A stretch of DNA of 64,000 bases from an uncultured Candidatus Saccharibacteria bacterium (GCA_964651655.1 CAZYVS010000002.1:29471-93470); one strand, 5' to 3'. Shown: positions 19,627 to 29,195, counted from the stretch's first letter. Notes: generated by a model not told the origin, from the letters alone. Made by a program: numbers and translations.

Positions 19627-20547
19627 TTAATAGTAGACGAATATGCTTCCAATTGCAATGACCGCAATTGCGAGAATTTTATGTACTAAATGTTGACCAG
19701 ATATTTTTTCAGTAGCTATTTTAGGAAAATATCTAGTGAGAAATATTCCCATAAGAAAAACAAATGCCGGTTGATATGCGTCAACCAGTAACACAAGAGC
19801 AATGGGTGCTAACAAAATGGCATAACTAAAAGAGAGAGTGGCTATTGTTTGCAAGAATTCATTAAACACATTGATGGATATAAATCTTTGACCATTTTCT
19901 TTTATTGTATTTATAAATCCGACCCTAAATTTTTTAATCAATAACAAGGTGGTGATTCCAAATACTCCATACCCAACCAGATTCCAGAATATGGACACTT
20001 TATATGAACCCTCTGATAAGGTTGTACTTTTGAAAATAACATCATTGAGCGCCAGAAGTAAACTCGCGGCAATCATTAGCAAGGTTGGTTTAAGTTTAAA
20101 ACGTAGACCAGCCTCCTCTTCAAACTCAAAAGATAAAATTGTGGCCCCTAGTATAACCACTAGACCTGCCAATATTTTAATTATTTCAATATTTTCTTTT
20201 AATATAGCCACGCCCAAGAAATAGCCAAAGATCGGGATCAACTGAAACATAGGCACAATTACCGATGTTTCTTCCTCTTCTAAAGCATAAAAATAAAATA
20301 CAAGAGAAAGAGCGCTCATTATTCCTGTTACAATTAAAATAAAAACATGCTCACTTGATATTGATATTAGATTACTCCTAATAAAAATTAAGAAAAATAC
20401 AACAACAATCAACGGGAAGAGAGTTGAAAACAAAACAAGAGATCCAACACCACCATGTTTAGAAAATTTATCTAAAAGAAATTTATCCGTATGATGAATA
20501 ATACTACACACAAACGGACTTATAAGCGCTATAAAAAACCAGTTCAT
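19627..20547 (-). CDS. EamA/DMT-superfamily transporter
   Basis: About 10 TM helices; duplicated EamA-like halves. Confidence 0.6.
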   Translation of the reverse strand: MNWFFIALISPFVCSIIHHTDKFLLDKFSKHGGVGSLVLFSTLFPLIVVVFFLIFIRSNLISISSEHVFILIVTGIMSALSLVFYFYALEEEETSVIVPMFQLIPIFGYFLGVAILKENIEIIKILAGLVVILGATILSFEFEEEAGLRFKLKPTLLMIAASLLLALNDVIFKSTTLSEGSYKVSIFWNLVGYGVFGITTLLLIKKFRVGFINTIKENGQRFISINVFNEFLQTIATLSFSYAILLAPIALVLLVDAYQPAFVFLMGIFLTRYFPKIATEKISGQHLVHKILAIAVIAIGSIFVYY

Positions 20548-20597
20548 TGTGTGATTATACGTTATATCTTATTGGAAAAAATCTCAATCTACAACTT

Positions 20598-20648
20598 CAA
20601 TAAAAATAAAAACAGGGGTAACCATCATATAAAACGATGGTTACCCCT
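20598..20648 (-). terminator. Rho-independent terminator after the lipoprotein gene
   Basis: 13-bp stem AGGGGTAACCATC/GATGGTTACCCCT followed on the minus strand by GTTTTTATTTTTATT. Confidence 0.6.
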
Positions 20649-20666
20649 CTTGGCCTCGGTTATTGT

Positions 20667-21152
20667 TTAGTTAACGCCGGCGGTTTTTTGCGCGCCGCAG
20701 TTATCTGCATGGTAGCCAGACGCCTGACTACCGCACACTCTCGTCTCCTCGAGAGTGTGCATGATATACCGACCACGGGGGTCAAACTGAACCATCAGCG
20801 TCTGAGATACCTTCTCCTGTTGAGTAAAGGCTCCCATAAGTCCAAACCATCCCACCGCGTGTTCCGAGCGATGTTGACTACCATCGTTGTAGGCATAGAC
20901 TGCTACACTTCCCCCGTCACTCATGGTGGTGGTCGTTACCGGAGACTTCTGCAGAAGCAGACTGACCTCGTTCTTAGTCATTCCTGACCTCAATCGGGTC
21001 AACTGATCACCGTCGATCTTTTTCGGTTTGGAAGCAAGAGAACTTTCCATTCCGGCGATGCCAGTCTCTATACCAGAAATGGCAAGTGACATGGCAAGTT
21101 GAGCACAACCCGGGAGAAAAACCGCCAATAGAACAAGAAGCAAAATATACAT
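20667..21152 (-). CDS. Lipoprotein with SmpA/OmlA (BamE)-like domain; higher GC than the surroundings
   Basis: Lipobox LPGC in the signal peptide. LTRLRSGMTKNEVSLLLQKSP resembles the SmpA/OmlA motif. Strong SD (AAAGGAGAG) upstream. Confidence 0.5.
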   Translation of the reverse strand: MYILLLVLLAVFLPGCAQLAMSLAISGIETGIAGMESSLASKPKKIDGDQLTRLRSGMTKNEVSLLLQKSPVTTTTMSDGGSVAVYAYNDGSQHRSEHAVGWFGLMGAFTQQEKVSQTLMVQFDPRGRYIMHTLEETRVCGSQASGYHADNCGAQKTAGVN

Positions 21153-21321
21153 AACACTCTCCTTTCACGGTTGGTGTAAAAAAACAGACTTTAAGAAACA
21201 TTGTCTAACATATATTATGCACAAATTATTCTATAAATCAATATGTGCAATACGGAGGCAACGCCTCCGTTACGTAATTGAGCAATCACAGAAATTAGAT
21301 AGTCCCGTGGCTTATCAAAAT

Positions 21322-21720
21322 TTAATCGTTAGCTATAGCTAAAACTCTCTTAAGGTAATTACCCTTTAAGTGGTGATCACCCTTAACTTCTAAATATTCA
21401 GCTCTTAATTTTTTGGCCATTTGTTTTGCATATTTTTTCATATGTGTATGTTCTCGATTACCATTTAAGACAAAGATATGACCCTTAGGTTGTTTATATC
21501 TTTGAACTATAGGTGGCGGAGAACATAGAATTAGTTTTTTTATAGGAGACTTATATGCTATCAAATAAGCTAAAACAGCTCCAATAGAAAACCCTATCAA
21601 GACAGAATCTTTAGGTAATTTAGGTAAATTAAAAACATCATCAATAGTAAGATGAAGATAGTACACATATTTAGGGAGTTTATATTTCTTCTCTCCCAAG
21701 CCGGGAATAATGTAAATCAT
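21322..21720 (-). CDS. Alpha/beta-hydrolase-like fragment (probably truncated)
   Basis: GFSIGA (GxSxG) and a C-terminal DHH. The likely start MIYIIPG sits directly after a terminator hairpin. Confidence 0.35.
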   Translation of the reverse strand: MIYIIPGLGEKKYKLPKYVYYLHLTIDDVFNLPKLPKDSVLIGFSIGAVLAYLIAYKSPIKKLILCSPPPIVQRYKQPKGHIFVLNGNREHTHMKKYAKQMAKKLRAEYLEVKGDHHLKGNYLKRVLAIAND

Positions 21721-21724
21721 ATTT

Positions 21725-21760
21725 GTAAAGAAAAGGAGGGGCTTTGTAGAGCCCCTCCCT
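21725..21760 (-). terminator. Terminator hairpin after the DUF397-like gene
   Basis: GGAGGGGC-N8-GCCCCTCC followed on the minus strand by TTTTCTTT. Confidence 0.5.
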
Positions 21761-21766
21761 TCCGCC

Positions 21767-21988
21767 TCACGTGAGACGTATGTCGACAGGGCCAATGGGG
21801 TTAAATTCTCCTTTCTTTACCCCATTAAGGAACGCTTGCCATTCATTGTTGTTGAAATGAAGAGTTGGACCATTAGGATCTTTGGAAGATCTAACAGCCA
21901 CGCCATTTTCATTGCGAGCAACCGCCACGCACCAGCAGCCCCATTTTTGGCTGTCATCTGCAACGTGGAAATCCTTATCTTCGAACAT
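21767..21988 (-). CDS. DUF397-like small protein
   Basis: WGCWCVAVA...VAVRSSKDPNGPTLHFNNNEWQAFLNGVKKGEF matches the DUF397 pattern (actinobacterial family). SD AGGAGGTGA lies 9 nt before the ATG. Confidence 0.6.
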   Translation of the reverse strand: MFEDKDFHVADDSQKWGCWCVAVARNENGVAVRSSKDPNGPTLHFNNNEWQAFLNGVKKGEFNPIGPVDIRLT

Positions 21989-22129
21989 ATTTTCTCACCT
22001 CCTTTCTGTTCTGAAGTCTAATCTTAATTTATACGAAACAGCTTAGATGTCAAGCCCACTTTTTCTTGAGATTAAAATAGCGTATATTCAATGAAACTTT
22101 ACCGAGGGGAGGACTCTACTACACAAGCA

Positions 22130-22235
22130 ATATACAAGCAAGAACGGTTCTTGCTTAAACTGTATTACATAATGAAATACGGAGGCATTGCCTCCGTTAC
22201 ACCAATGAAATACAGGGGGTGTTGCCCCTGTTATA
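22130..22235. repeat. Cluster of three short hairpin repeats (plus a fourth related copy at 21252-21270)
   Basis: AAGCAAGAAC/GTTCTTGCTT, ACGGAGGC-att-GCCTCCGT and ACAGGGGG-tgtt-GCCCCTGT share flanks (aatgaaatac ... gtta) and have compensatory stem changes. Confidence 0.5.
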
Positions 22236-22238
22236 TAA

Positions 22239-22568
22239 TTACTTTTTATCTAGCGATTTCAAATATTCAACAATTCCCTGTCGAATAAACCATGTGAAAT
22301 AAGTACTGAAATAAAAAAGCTCATTTTTTCTCTCCATCATCAGCTCTGCTCTTTCTTTGTACTTTTTTAAAGCAAAATCAAAATGAGCCCAACCTGCTTC
22401 AATTAATTTTTTCTTTGATACTCTCCTTGCCTTTTTATTTTTATAATATGCCTCGGCTATAGCTTCCACTAATGGTTTCAGATATTCTTTAAATTCATCT
22501 TTACTCTGCTCATCTTGCAAAGCATTTTCAATCATTTCTAATTCTTTTTCAAATCTTTTTCCAAGCAT
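22239..22568 (-). pseudogene. Truncated sigma-70 family fragment (regions 1.2 to 2.2 only)
   Basis: LIEAG...FYFSTYFTWFIRQGI matches sigma-70 region 2.1/2.2 (FSTYATWWIRQAI). The ORF stops where the hairpin repeat cluster begins. Confidence 0.5.
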
Positions 22569-22637
22569 AATTTTTATTTTTTAAGGGGCTAGCGAGAAAA
22601 CTCGCTAGCCCCTTAGTCTTTAACCCACATGTAGGCG

Positions 22638-22820
22638 CTACTCGAGTGGATCTTTGCTGGTCTCGACGGCTTCGTTGACATAGTCTAGCTCTGCTTGATT
22701 CTCACCGGATGAACCGCGAGATTCAGCCTGTCCCCGCTCGACATCGCGACCAGCCTGTTCATTGCTCGGAGGGCCAAATATGTCACCAAAAAACTCACCA
22801 AAGAACGATTTGCCGCCCAT
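22638..22820 (-). CDS. Small hypothetical acidic protein (60 aa)
   Basis: MGGKSFFGEFFGDIFG.... SD AGGAGGTGA lies 8 nt before the ATG. The 5'UTR/promoter is near-identical to that of the DUF397-like gene. Confidence 0.45.
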   Translation of the reverse strand: MGGKSFFGEFFGDIFGPPSNEQAGRDVERGQAESRGSSGENQAELDYVNEAVETSKDPLE

Positions 22821-22911
22821 ATTTCTCACCTCCTTTCTATGCTAAAGTCCGACCACAATATAGTACAAGTAACACTCCCATGTCAATCGATCACATTTAA
22901 GAATTTTGTCG

Positions 22912-22949
22912 ATACGTTAATGTAATGCGGTCGCATTAAAGTAACGTAT
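22912..22949. promoter_or_regulatory. 38-bp palindromic operator-like element, copy A
   Basis: ATACGTTAATGTAATGCG-GT-CGCATTAAAGTAACGTAT. Related to the copies at 34594-34631 and 35227-35264. Confidence 0.5.
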
Positions 22950-22994
22950 GTCTATAAACACTATGTTTGTGTTATAGTAGCAACGTTATTGACA

Positions 22995-23067
22995 GGGCTC
23001 ATAGTAAAGTGGTATTACACGGCATTCGCATTGCCGAGTCCCGGGTTCAATCCCCGGTGAGTCCACC
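22995..23067 (+). tRNA. tRNA-Ala (anticodon CGC)
   Basis: Manual fold: acceptor GGGCTCA/TGAGTCC with G3:U70, D stem GTAA/TTAC, anticodon stem CGGCA/TGCCG, loop TTCGCAT, T arm CCGGG-TTCAATC-CCCGG, discriminator A. Confidence 0.85.
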
Positions 23068-23114
23068 GACAGAACCGTCGATGATAAAATGTTCTCCAAA
23101 GCGCATTAAGAACA

Positions 23115-23978
23115 TTATAATCCCAACTTCTTTAATTCTTCAACAAATTTATACGCCTCTTTGGAAAGTTTTTCCGGAATCTGCACGGCGATGCGAATAT
23201 AAAGATCGCCGCGACCTCTGGCGCTAGTGCCATGAGGCACGCCCCGGCCTTTCACCCGCAGAATACTGCCGTGCTTGGTACCGGCCGAAATCTTTAGAGT
23301 AATTTCTCCGTCAAGAGTATGAATGACTTTTTCCGCGCCGAGAAGCGCTTCGGTCAATTTGACATCCAAATCCATTATCAAATTGTATCCTTCCTTGCGC
23401 AGATAGGGATGTTTCCTGACATGCACTTTGACATAAAGATCGCCGGGCACACCGCCTTCAAGAATCTCGCCTTGACCGTTCAGACGGATCATTTGACCAT
23501 CATCAATGCCGGGCGGCACACCGATTGATACTTCTTTTTGTTTGACAAATTTTGAATTGATCACTACCTTTCTCTCCGCGCCGAAAATTGATTCTTGGAA
23601 AGAAAGTTCAATATCCACCGCAATGTCGCGTCCGCGCCTAACTCTGCGTCCACCAAAGATGCTTGAGAGTATATCTCCCAAGTCTCCTGTATCAAAACCG
23701 GCAGAGTTGAAACCGGAGAAATCAAAACCGAAACCAGATGGGTCGAATCCTGCTTGTCCCGAGCCTGTCGAAGGGCCCGCCCCGAACGTATCATATTGAG
23801 CGCGCTTCTTTTTATCCGAGAGCACGGCGTAGGCCTCGCTCGCCTCTTTAAACTTTGCTTCGTTACCGCCGGATTTGTCCGGATGATGAACATGCGCCAG
23901 TTTGCGGAAGGCTTTTTTTATTTCCTCCTCGCTCGCGTTCTTATTGACCCCTAATATTTTATAGTAATCTTTACTCAT
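23115..23978 (-). CDS. dnaJ: DnaJ-family co-chaperone (J domain plus G/F region, no zinc finger; CbpA-like)
   Basis: [32 protein letters not shown] domain, then a Gly/Phe-rich linker. Confidence 0.8.
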   Translation of the reverse strand: MSKDYYKILGVNKNASEEEIKKAFRKLAHVHHPDKSGGNEAKFKEASEAYAVLSDKKKRAQYDTFGAGPSTGSGQAGFDPSGFGFDFSGFNSAGFDTGDLGDILSSIFGGRRVRRGRDIAVDIELSFQESIFGAERKVVINSKFVKQKEVSIGVPPGIDDGQMIRLNGQGEILEGGVPGDLYVKVHVRKHPYLRKEGYNLIMDLDVKLTEALLGAEKVIHTLDGEITLKISAGTKHGSILRVKGRGVPHGTSARGRGDLYIRIAVQIPEKLSKEAYKFVEELKKLGL

Positions 23979-25879
23979 TATTTAGTTTCAGCGTCTTTGA
24001 TATCTGGATTTTCCGGCGGTTTTTGTTGTTGATCGTCAGTTGTTTGTTGTTTATTAAGATATTCTCCGATTTTTTGTATTTCTGTCGAAAGAGCTTCGGT
24101 GGCAGACTTGATCGAATCAATTGTACCACTCTCTTTTTCTTTCTTGAGCCCCGTTATTTTCTCGTTGATCAGAGTCTTGATATCGTCCGGCACATTGGCG
24201 TTGTCTTTCAGAGATTTCTCGGCGGTATAGATGAGTTGTTCTGCCATATTTTTCGCATCAACCAAATCTTTTTTTTTCTGATCTTCCGCGGCGTTGGCTT
24301 CCGCGTCCTTTTGCATCTTTTCAATTTCGCCCTTCGATAGACCGGAGCTGGCTTCTATTCTGATGGATTGTTCTTTGCCTGTAGTTTTATCTTTCGCCTT
24401 CACATTCAAGATACCATTGGCGTCAACGTCAAAGGTCACTTCTATCTGCGGCATACCGCGCGGCGCGGGCGGTATGCCATCCAGAATGAATCGGCCAAGC
24501 GATTTGTTGTCGGCGGCCATGGCTCGTTCGCCTTGGACAATATGAATTTCCACAGAAGTTTGACTGTCGGCCGCGGTTGAAAATATCTGCGATTTCGCCG
24601 AAGGAATGGTGGTATTTTTCTCAATCAACTTGGTGGCCACTCCACCCATGGTTTCAATACCAAGCGAAAGCGGAATGACATCAAGCAAAAGCACGTCCTT
24701 AACATCACCGGCCAAAATTCCTCCTTGAATGGCGGCGCCGAGAGCCACCACTTCATCCGGGTTAATAGACTTGTTTGGTTCTTTGCCAAAAAATTTCTTA
24801 ACTGATTCCACTATCGCCGGCATGCGCGTCTGACCTCCCACCAAAATCACTTCATGCAAATCGCCAACTTTAAAAGGAGACGCTCCCATAGCGCGCTTGG
24901 TAATTTCCATCGCTCGGCTTAGAAATTCATTAGAAAGTTCTTCAAGCTTGGCTCTGGAAAGTTTCAAAAGCAGATGTCTGGGGCCGGATGCATCTGAGGT
25001 AATAAAAGGTATGTTAATTTCAGTTTCTGTCGCCGTGGAGAGCTCGATCTTGGCTTTCTCCGCGGCCTCATCGAGTCTTTGGAGCGCCAAGGCATCCGTC
25101 CTAACGTCAATGCCGGACTCCTTTTTAAATTCTTCCGCGATATAATTGAGAACTTTTTGATCTATATCTTTGCCTCCCAAATGCGAATCGCCATCGGTTG
25201 ACTTTACTTCAACCACATCATCCCCCACTTCAAGGATTGAGATATCAAAGGTGCCGCCGCCAAAGTCAAAGACGGCAATTTTTTCATTCTTCTTTTTATT
25301 AAAACCGTAAGCCAGAGCGGCGGCGGTCGGCTCATTGATAATGCGCTTAACATCCAAGCCGGCAATCTGACCGGCATCTTTGGTGGCCTGACGTTGAGAG
25401 TCGTTAAAGTAAGCCGGCACGGTAATAATGGCTTCCGTAATTTTTTCGCCCAACTTGGTTTCGGCATCTGTTTTCAATTTTTGAAGAATCATGGCGGAAA
25501 TTTCTTCGGGACGATAATCCTTATCAGACATCTTCACCAACACTCCGCCGGTAACGCCGGCCTTGACTTCAAAGGGCACGGTAGCTTTATCTTTTTGAAC
25601 CGCCGGGTCGGAGAAAGTGTGGCCTATAAATCGTTTAATGCCAAAAATCGTGTTTTTAGGATTAGTGACGGCCTGACGCTTGGCTAAAAGCCCCACTAGA
25701 CGATCGCCTGTTTTAGACACCGCAACAATGGAAGGTGTGGTACGCGCCCCTTCGGCATTTTCTATAATTCTCGGCTGGCCCGCTTCCATCACCGCTACCG
25801 CGGAGTTTGTAGTGCCAAGATCAATACCAATTATTTTTGCCATATATTTATGTAAATTAATTTGTAATAAACGCCCCAA
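23978..25879 (-). CDS. dnaK: Hsp70 chaperone DnaK
   Basis: [18 protein letters not shown]; full-length Hsp70. Confidence 0.95.
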   Translation of the reverse strand: MGRLLQINLHKYMAKIIGIDLGTTNSAVAVMEAGQPRIIENAEGARTTPSIVAVSKTGDRLVGLLAKRQAVTNPKNTIFGIKRFIGHTFSDPAVQKDKATVPFEVKAGVTGGVLVKMSDKDYRPEEISAMILQKLKTDAETKLGEKITEAIITVPAYFNDSQRQATKDAGQIAGLDVKRIINEPTAAALAYGFNKKKNEKIAVFDFGGGTFDISILEVGDDVVEVKSTDGDSHLGGKDIDQKVLNYIAEEFKKESGIDVRTDALALQRLDEAAEKAKIELSTATETEINIPFITSDASGPRHLLLKLSRAKLEELSNEFLSRAMEITKRAMGASPFKVGDLHEVILVGGQTRMPAIVESVKKFFGKEPNKSINPDEVVALGAAIQGGILAGDVKDVLLLDVIPLSLGIETMGGVATKLIEKNTTIPSAKSQIFSTAADSQTSVEIHIVQGERAMAADNKSLGRFILDGIPPAPRGMPQIEVTFDVDANGILNVKAKDKTTGKEQSIRIEASSGLSKGEIEKMQKDAEANAAEDQKKKDLVDAKNMAEQLIYTAEKSLKDNANVPDDIKTLINEKITGLKKEKESGTIDSIKSATEALSTEIQKIGEYLNKQQTTDDQQQKPPENPDIKDAETK

Positions 25880-26387
25880 CTTTCACTTTCGCCGGACGAA
25901 CTACTTTACCATTCAATTTATACCCTTTCTGTAAAACTTCCAAGACTTTATGATCCGTCTCGTCCGTATCTACGGGAATAGCGGCTAACGCCTCGTGTTC
26001 ATGTGGACTGAAAGTTTCATTTAGAGAATCTATCTCCTCCAGACCATTGGCCTTAAGCACCGCGAATAACTGATTGTATAAAGGCTCAAAGTCTTTATGG
26101 CCCTGGCTCAAGGCTATATTAAAACTATCAAGCACGGGAATCAATGCCTCAATCAGAGAGAGCTCGGCAAATTTGATAAACTCCGATTTTGCTTCTTCAT
26201 CGCGTCGGCGGAAATTGGCAAAATCCGCTTGCGCTCTTTGCCAACCATCAAGATACTCTTTGGCCTTGGCCTCCGCCTCCTTCAGACGTTCTCGGAGTTT
26301 CTTTATTAATATTTGAGCTGATTCTTCCTCTACTACGGAATCATCTAAATCAGACTTATCTATTTCAATATTATCTTCTTCTTTCAT
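25857..26387 (-). CDS. grpE: Nucleotide exchange factor GrpE
   Basis: GrpE coiled-coil and dimerisation region ([16 protein letters not shown]). Confidence 0.85.
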   Translation of the reverse strand: MKEEDNIEIDKSDLDDSVVEEESAQILIKKLRERLKEAEAKAKEYLDGWQRAQADFANFRRRDEEAKSEFIKFAELSLIEALIPVLDSFNIALSQGHKDFEPLYNQLFAVLKANGLEEIDSLNETFSPHEHEALAAIPVDTDETDHKVLEVLQKGYKLNGKVVRPAKVKVGAFITN

Positions 26388-26396
26388 ACCAATTAC

Positions 26397-26795
26397 TTAA
26401 CGCTTACTCCACTTTGGGGCCTTGCGGGCTTTCTTGAGGCCGAATTTTCTGCGTTCTTTGGCGCGAGGGTCGCGTTTTAGAAATCCTTTAATCTTAAGCT
26501 TGGCACGCAGATCGGGATCAAAAGAAACAAGCGCTCGACCCAGACCATGCTTCAAGGCTTCAGCTTGCGAAGAAATACCCCCACCATTAAGTCTGGCCGT
26601 TACCTGGAACTTGTTTTCCGTGTTATCAAAAATAGATAAAACGGTTCTTTGGAGCATCGGTGTAGGAAAATATTTCTCCAAGTCTTTGCCATTTACAGAG
26701 ATGGAAACTTTTGAAGCGGGAGTCATACGTACTCTGGCCACAGAGGTCTTTCGTCTGCCAACCGCTTCGGTATATTTTTCTTTTTTTTCCATCAT
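26397..26795 (-). CDS. rpsI: Ribosomal protein S9
   Basis: GGGISSQAEALKHGLGRAL; C-terminal ...KARKAPKWSKR. Confidence 0.9.
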   Translation of the reverse strand: MMEKKEKYTEAVGRRKTSVARVRMTPASKVSISVNGKDLEKYFPTPMLQRTVLSIFDNTENKFQVTARLNGGGISSQAEALKHGLGRALVSFDPDLRAKLKIKGFLKRDPRAKERRKFGLKKARKAPKWSKR

Positions 26796-26796
26796 A

Positions 26797-26822
26797 TTAT
26801 TTATAGTGAGTTTGTCGAACTA
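26797..26822 (-). promoter_or_regulatory. Conserved intercistronic motif, copy b (rplM stop to rpsI start)
   Basis: Coding-strand TAGTTCGACAAACTCACTATAAATAAT-ATG. Confidence 0.6.
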
Positions 26823-27167
26823 GGCTTTTATGTTCAAATTCTTCATCATTTTGGCGCGTAATTTATTTTTCGGAAGCATACCGTATATTGCCCGACGCAA
26901 TACTTCTTGGGGCCCTTTCGTTTTGACTATATACTCTTGAGATCGTCTTTTGAGATTTCCTGGAAAACCGGAGTGACTGAAATAGCTTTTAGCTTTTAGC
27001 TTCTTAGCTTCTAGCTTCATGGATCCGGTATTCATAACTTCAACCAAGATATCTGGAATACGGTTTCTGGCGAAATCTGTTCTATTTTTACCCATCAGAA
27101 ACACGGCCGCTTCCGTTGCGACCCGGCCCGGCACTCTGCCTTTTGCGTCTATAATATGTTTTTTCAT
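26820..27167 (-). CDS. rplM: Ribosomal protein L13
   Basis: L13 family sequence. Confidence 0.9.
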   Translation of the reverse strand: MKKHIIDAKGRVPGRVATEAAVFLMGKNRTDFARNRIPDILVEVMNTGSMKLEAKKLKAKSYFSHSGFPGNLKRRSQEYIVKTKGPQEVLRRAIYGMLPKNKLRAKMMKNLNIKA

Positions 27168-27189
27168 TTATAGTGAGTTTATCGAACTA
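27166..27189 (-). promoter_or_regulatory. Conserved intercistronic motif, copy c (rplQ stop to rplM start; overlaps the ATG)
   Basis: Coding-strand TAGTTCGATAAACTCACTATAAATG. Confidence 0.6.
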
Positions 27190-27534
27190 TACAAATTCTA
27201 TAATCGCCATGGGACTGGCATCCGTCATCCGCGGTCCCATTTTAATGATACGAGTATAACCTCCGGTTCTATCTTTATACGCCACGGAGAGTTTCTCTGC
27301 AATCTTTTTTGCCGCCGCCGGGCCAATTCGACTTTCCAGAAGACGGCGAGAGGCGATAGTCTGCTTTTTACCCAAAGTAATAAGTTTCTCCATAAAAGGA
27401 CGAAGCGATTGGGCCTTGGGTTCTGTGGTTTTAATTTTATCCTTTAGAGTCAGCGAGCGAGCCAAAGATTTGAGCAAAGCATTTCTTTGATTTTTTTCAC
27501 GGCCAAATTTTCTATTAGCATTATGATGTCGCAT
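27187..27534 (-). CDS. rplQ: Ribosomal protein L17
   Basis: L17 family sequence. Confidence 0.9.
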   Translation of the reverse strand: MRHHNANRKFGREKNQRNALLKSLARSLTLKDKIKTTEPKAQSLRPFMEKLITLGKKQTIASRRLLESRIGPAAAKKIAEKLSVAYKDRTGGYTRIIKMGPRMTDASPMAIIEFV

Positions 27535-27544
27535 AATTTCCGAG

Positions 27545-28522
27545 TTATTTCAACGTAATGCCAAATTCTCCGAGCGCTTTCTTGATTTCTTGTATACCCT
27601 TGGCTCCAAGACCGTCAATATCAAGCAAATCTTTTTCTTTTTTGCGAGCCAAGCCTCCTACAGTGCGAATATTAGCCATAGAAAGCGCGCTTCGAGTACG
27701 AGAGGAAACGTCCAGAGATTCCACACGCGTCTTTAGAATTTCCGGGTCAACGGCCGATTTGACAACCGGGCCATGACTTTCGCGCACGCTCTTGTTTTCA
27801 GTCACGGGCTCGTCTTCTTTGAAACCGACAATGGCCTTGAGCTGATCTATCATAATGCCAATGGCGGCAGAGAGGGCGGCGGAAGGAGAAATGGTGCCGT
27901 CTGTTTCAATAAACATTTTCAGTTTATTGAAATCTGTTCTGTCTCCGACGCGCATGTTTTCAACTTCATAACTGGCTCGACGAATGGGAGTAAAAATGCC
28001 GTCGAGAGCCATAGTCCCGATATCAACGCGGGATTTTTCAATCATTTCTTTCGGCATAAAGCCGAGGCCCTTCTCCGCTTTAATTTCCATATCAAGCACG
28101 GTATTTTTCCCGATGATTGTGGCAATCACTTCATCGGGAGTGAGAATCTCCACCTGTCCGGGAACTTCCAAGTCGGAAGCCCGAACCACCTTCTCGCCTG
28201 CCTGCGTGGCCAAACCCTTAACCTTTAGGTAAAGAATTTGAGGTTCATCAGTGGTAAAACGCATACGAATTCTTTTAAGATTAAGCAGGATAGTAACCAC
28301 ATCTTCCTTTACCCCCTCTAAAACGGTAAACTCATGGTTAACACCGGCAATCTTGACCGAGGTAATGGCCACCCCGGGCAAAGAAGAGAGTATGATGCGG
28401 CGAAGACTGTTACCAAGGGTGTGTCCATATCCGGGATACAAACCTTCAATTTCAAAGACACCGCTTTCTCCTTCTTCAGATATTACTTTTGGTTGTGAGG
28501 GTAAAAGTATTGTGTAATCAGC
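27545..28522 (-). CDS. rpoA: DNA-directed RNA polymerase alpha subunit
   Basis: MADYTILLPSQPKVI...GNSLRRILLSS-type N-terminal domain plus alpha-CTD. Confidence 0.9.
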   Translation of the reverse strand, partial: ADYTILLPSQPKVISEEGESGVFEIEGLYPGYGHTLGNSLRRIILSSLPGVAITSVKIAGVNHEFTVLEGVKEDVVTILLNLKRIRMRFTTDEPQILYLKVKGLATQAGEKVVRASDLEVPGQVEILTPDEVIATIIGKNTVLDMEIKAEKGLGFMPKEMIEKSRVDIGTMALDGIFTPIRRASYEVENMRVGDRTDFNKLKMFIETDGTISPSAALSAAIGIMIDQLKAIVGFKEDEPVTENKSVRESHGPVVKSAVDPEILKTRVESLDVSSRTRSALSMANIRTVGGLARKKEKDLLDIDGLGAKGIQEIKKALGEFGITLK

Positions 28523-28557
28523 CATAAAAATATAAAAATTAAGGTTAAATTGTAACA

Positions 28558-29163
28558 CTATCTGTTATAGAATTCAATCACCACCCCGAGATCAAAGATA
28601 TTTTCCTTTGCTGCATAGACCGCTTGGCCCAAGACGGTGACTTGTCTCTTCTCCGGATCCGCTTTCAACCACACAGGCATAGCGATAGTTTTCATTCTCT
28701 CTTCAACCTCTCCAAAAAGAGGACTTGAAGCGGAACCGGCGCGCAGACCGACAACATCGCCTTTTGAGAGAAGGATAGAGGGTATGGTGACACGGGCATT
28801 ATTGACTATGATATGTCCATGGCTGGCGGCTTGACGGGCCTGCGCGCGTGTTTTGGCCAAACCGGAGCGATAGACGATATTATCCAACCGGCTCTCCAGA
28901 ATACTAAAAAGTTTTTGAATCGGATCTGAAGCGCGTAAAGCTTTGGCGACGTAGGTTCTAAATTGAGCTTCGCTTAAGCCATAGCTGTAACGAGTTTTTT
29001 GTTTTTCTATCAGTTCCTGGCCGAATTCACTTTTTGGCTTTCGGTGACCTTTATCATTTTTCTCCTTGCGCGCCAATGAAAGCACATACTTCGGGGTTTG
29101 AGTTTTTTCAAAAACTGGAGCCCCCAGACGCCTGGCTATTTTATATTTTGGTCCTATTCGCAT
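28558..29163 (-). CDS. rpsD: Ribosomal protein S4
   Basis: S4 family sequence. Confidence 0.9.
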   Translation of the reverse strand: MRIGPKYKIARRLGAPVFEKTQTPKYVLSLARKEKNDKGHRKPKSEFGQELIEKQKTRYSYGLSEAQFRTYVAKALRASDPIQKLFSILESRLDNIVYRSGLAKTRAQARQAASHGHIIVNNARVTIPSILLSKGDVVGLRAGSASSPLFGEVEERMKTIAMPVWLKADPEKRQVTVLGQAVYAAKENIFDLGVVIEFYNR

Positions 29164-29168
29164 AAAAA

Positions 29169-29195
29169 TTATTTATAGTGAGCATGGTCGAACTA
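29169..29195 (-). promoter_or_regulatory. Conserved intercistronic motif, copy d (rpsK stop to rpsD start)
   Basis: Coding-strand TAGTTCGACCATGCTCACTATAAATAATTTTT-ATG. Confidence 0.6.

Noticed and set aside
22091-22288. ORF-track 65-aa ORF (MKLYRGEDSTT...MKYGGIASVTPMKYRGCCPCY)
   Set aside because: It is translated straight across the hairpin repeat cluster. The internal repetition (MKYGG.../MKYRG...) simply mirrors the DNA repeats. It has no RBS or promoter, so it is not a gene.
22967-23227. ORF-track 86-aa ORF overlapping tRNA-Ala(CGC)
   Set aside because: It overlaps a well-folding tRNA and the 3' end of dnaJ, so it is spurious.
26976-27012. Tandem heptamers AGCTT(T/C)N x5 inside rplM (a similar AGCTG(T/A)N x5 array sits in leuS at 41093-41127)
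   Set aside because: These lie inside coding sequence and simply encode Lys/Leu/Ala-rich (KLEAKKLKAK) or Ser/Gln/Leu-rich low-complexity peptide. They are not a separate element, though the leuS insert is mentioned under the LeuRS finding.
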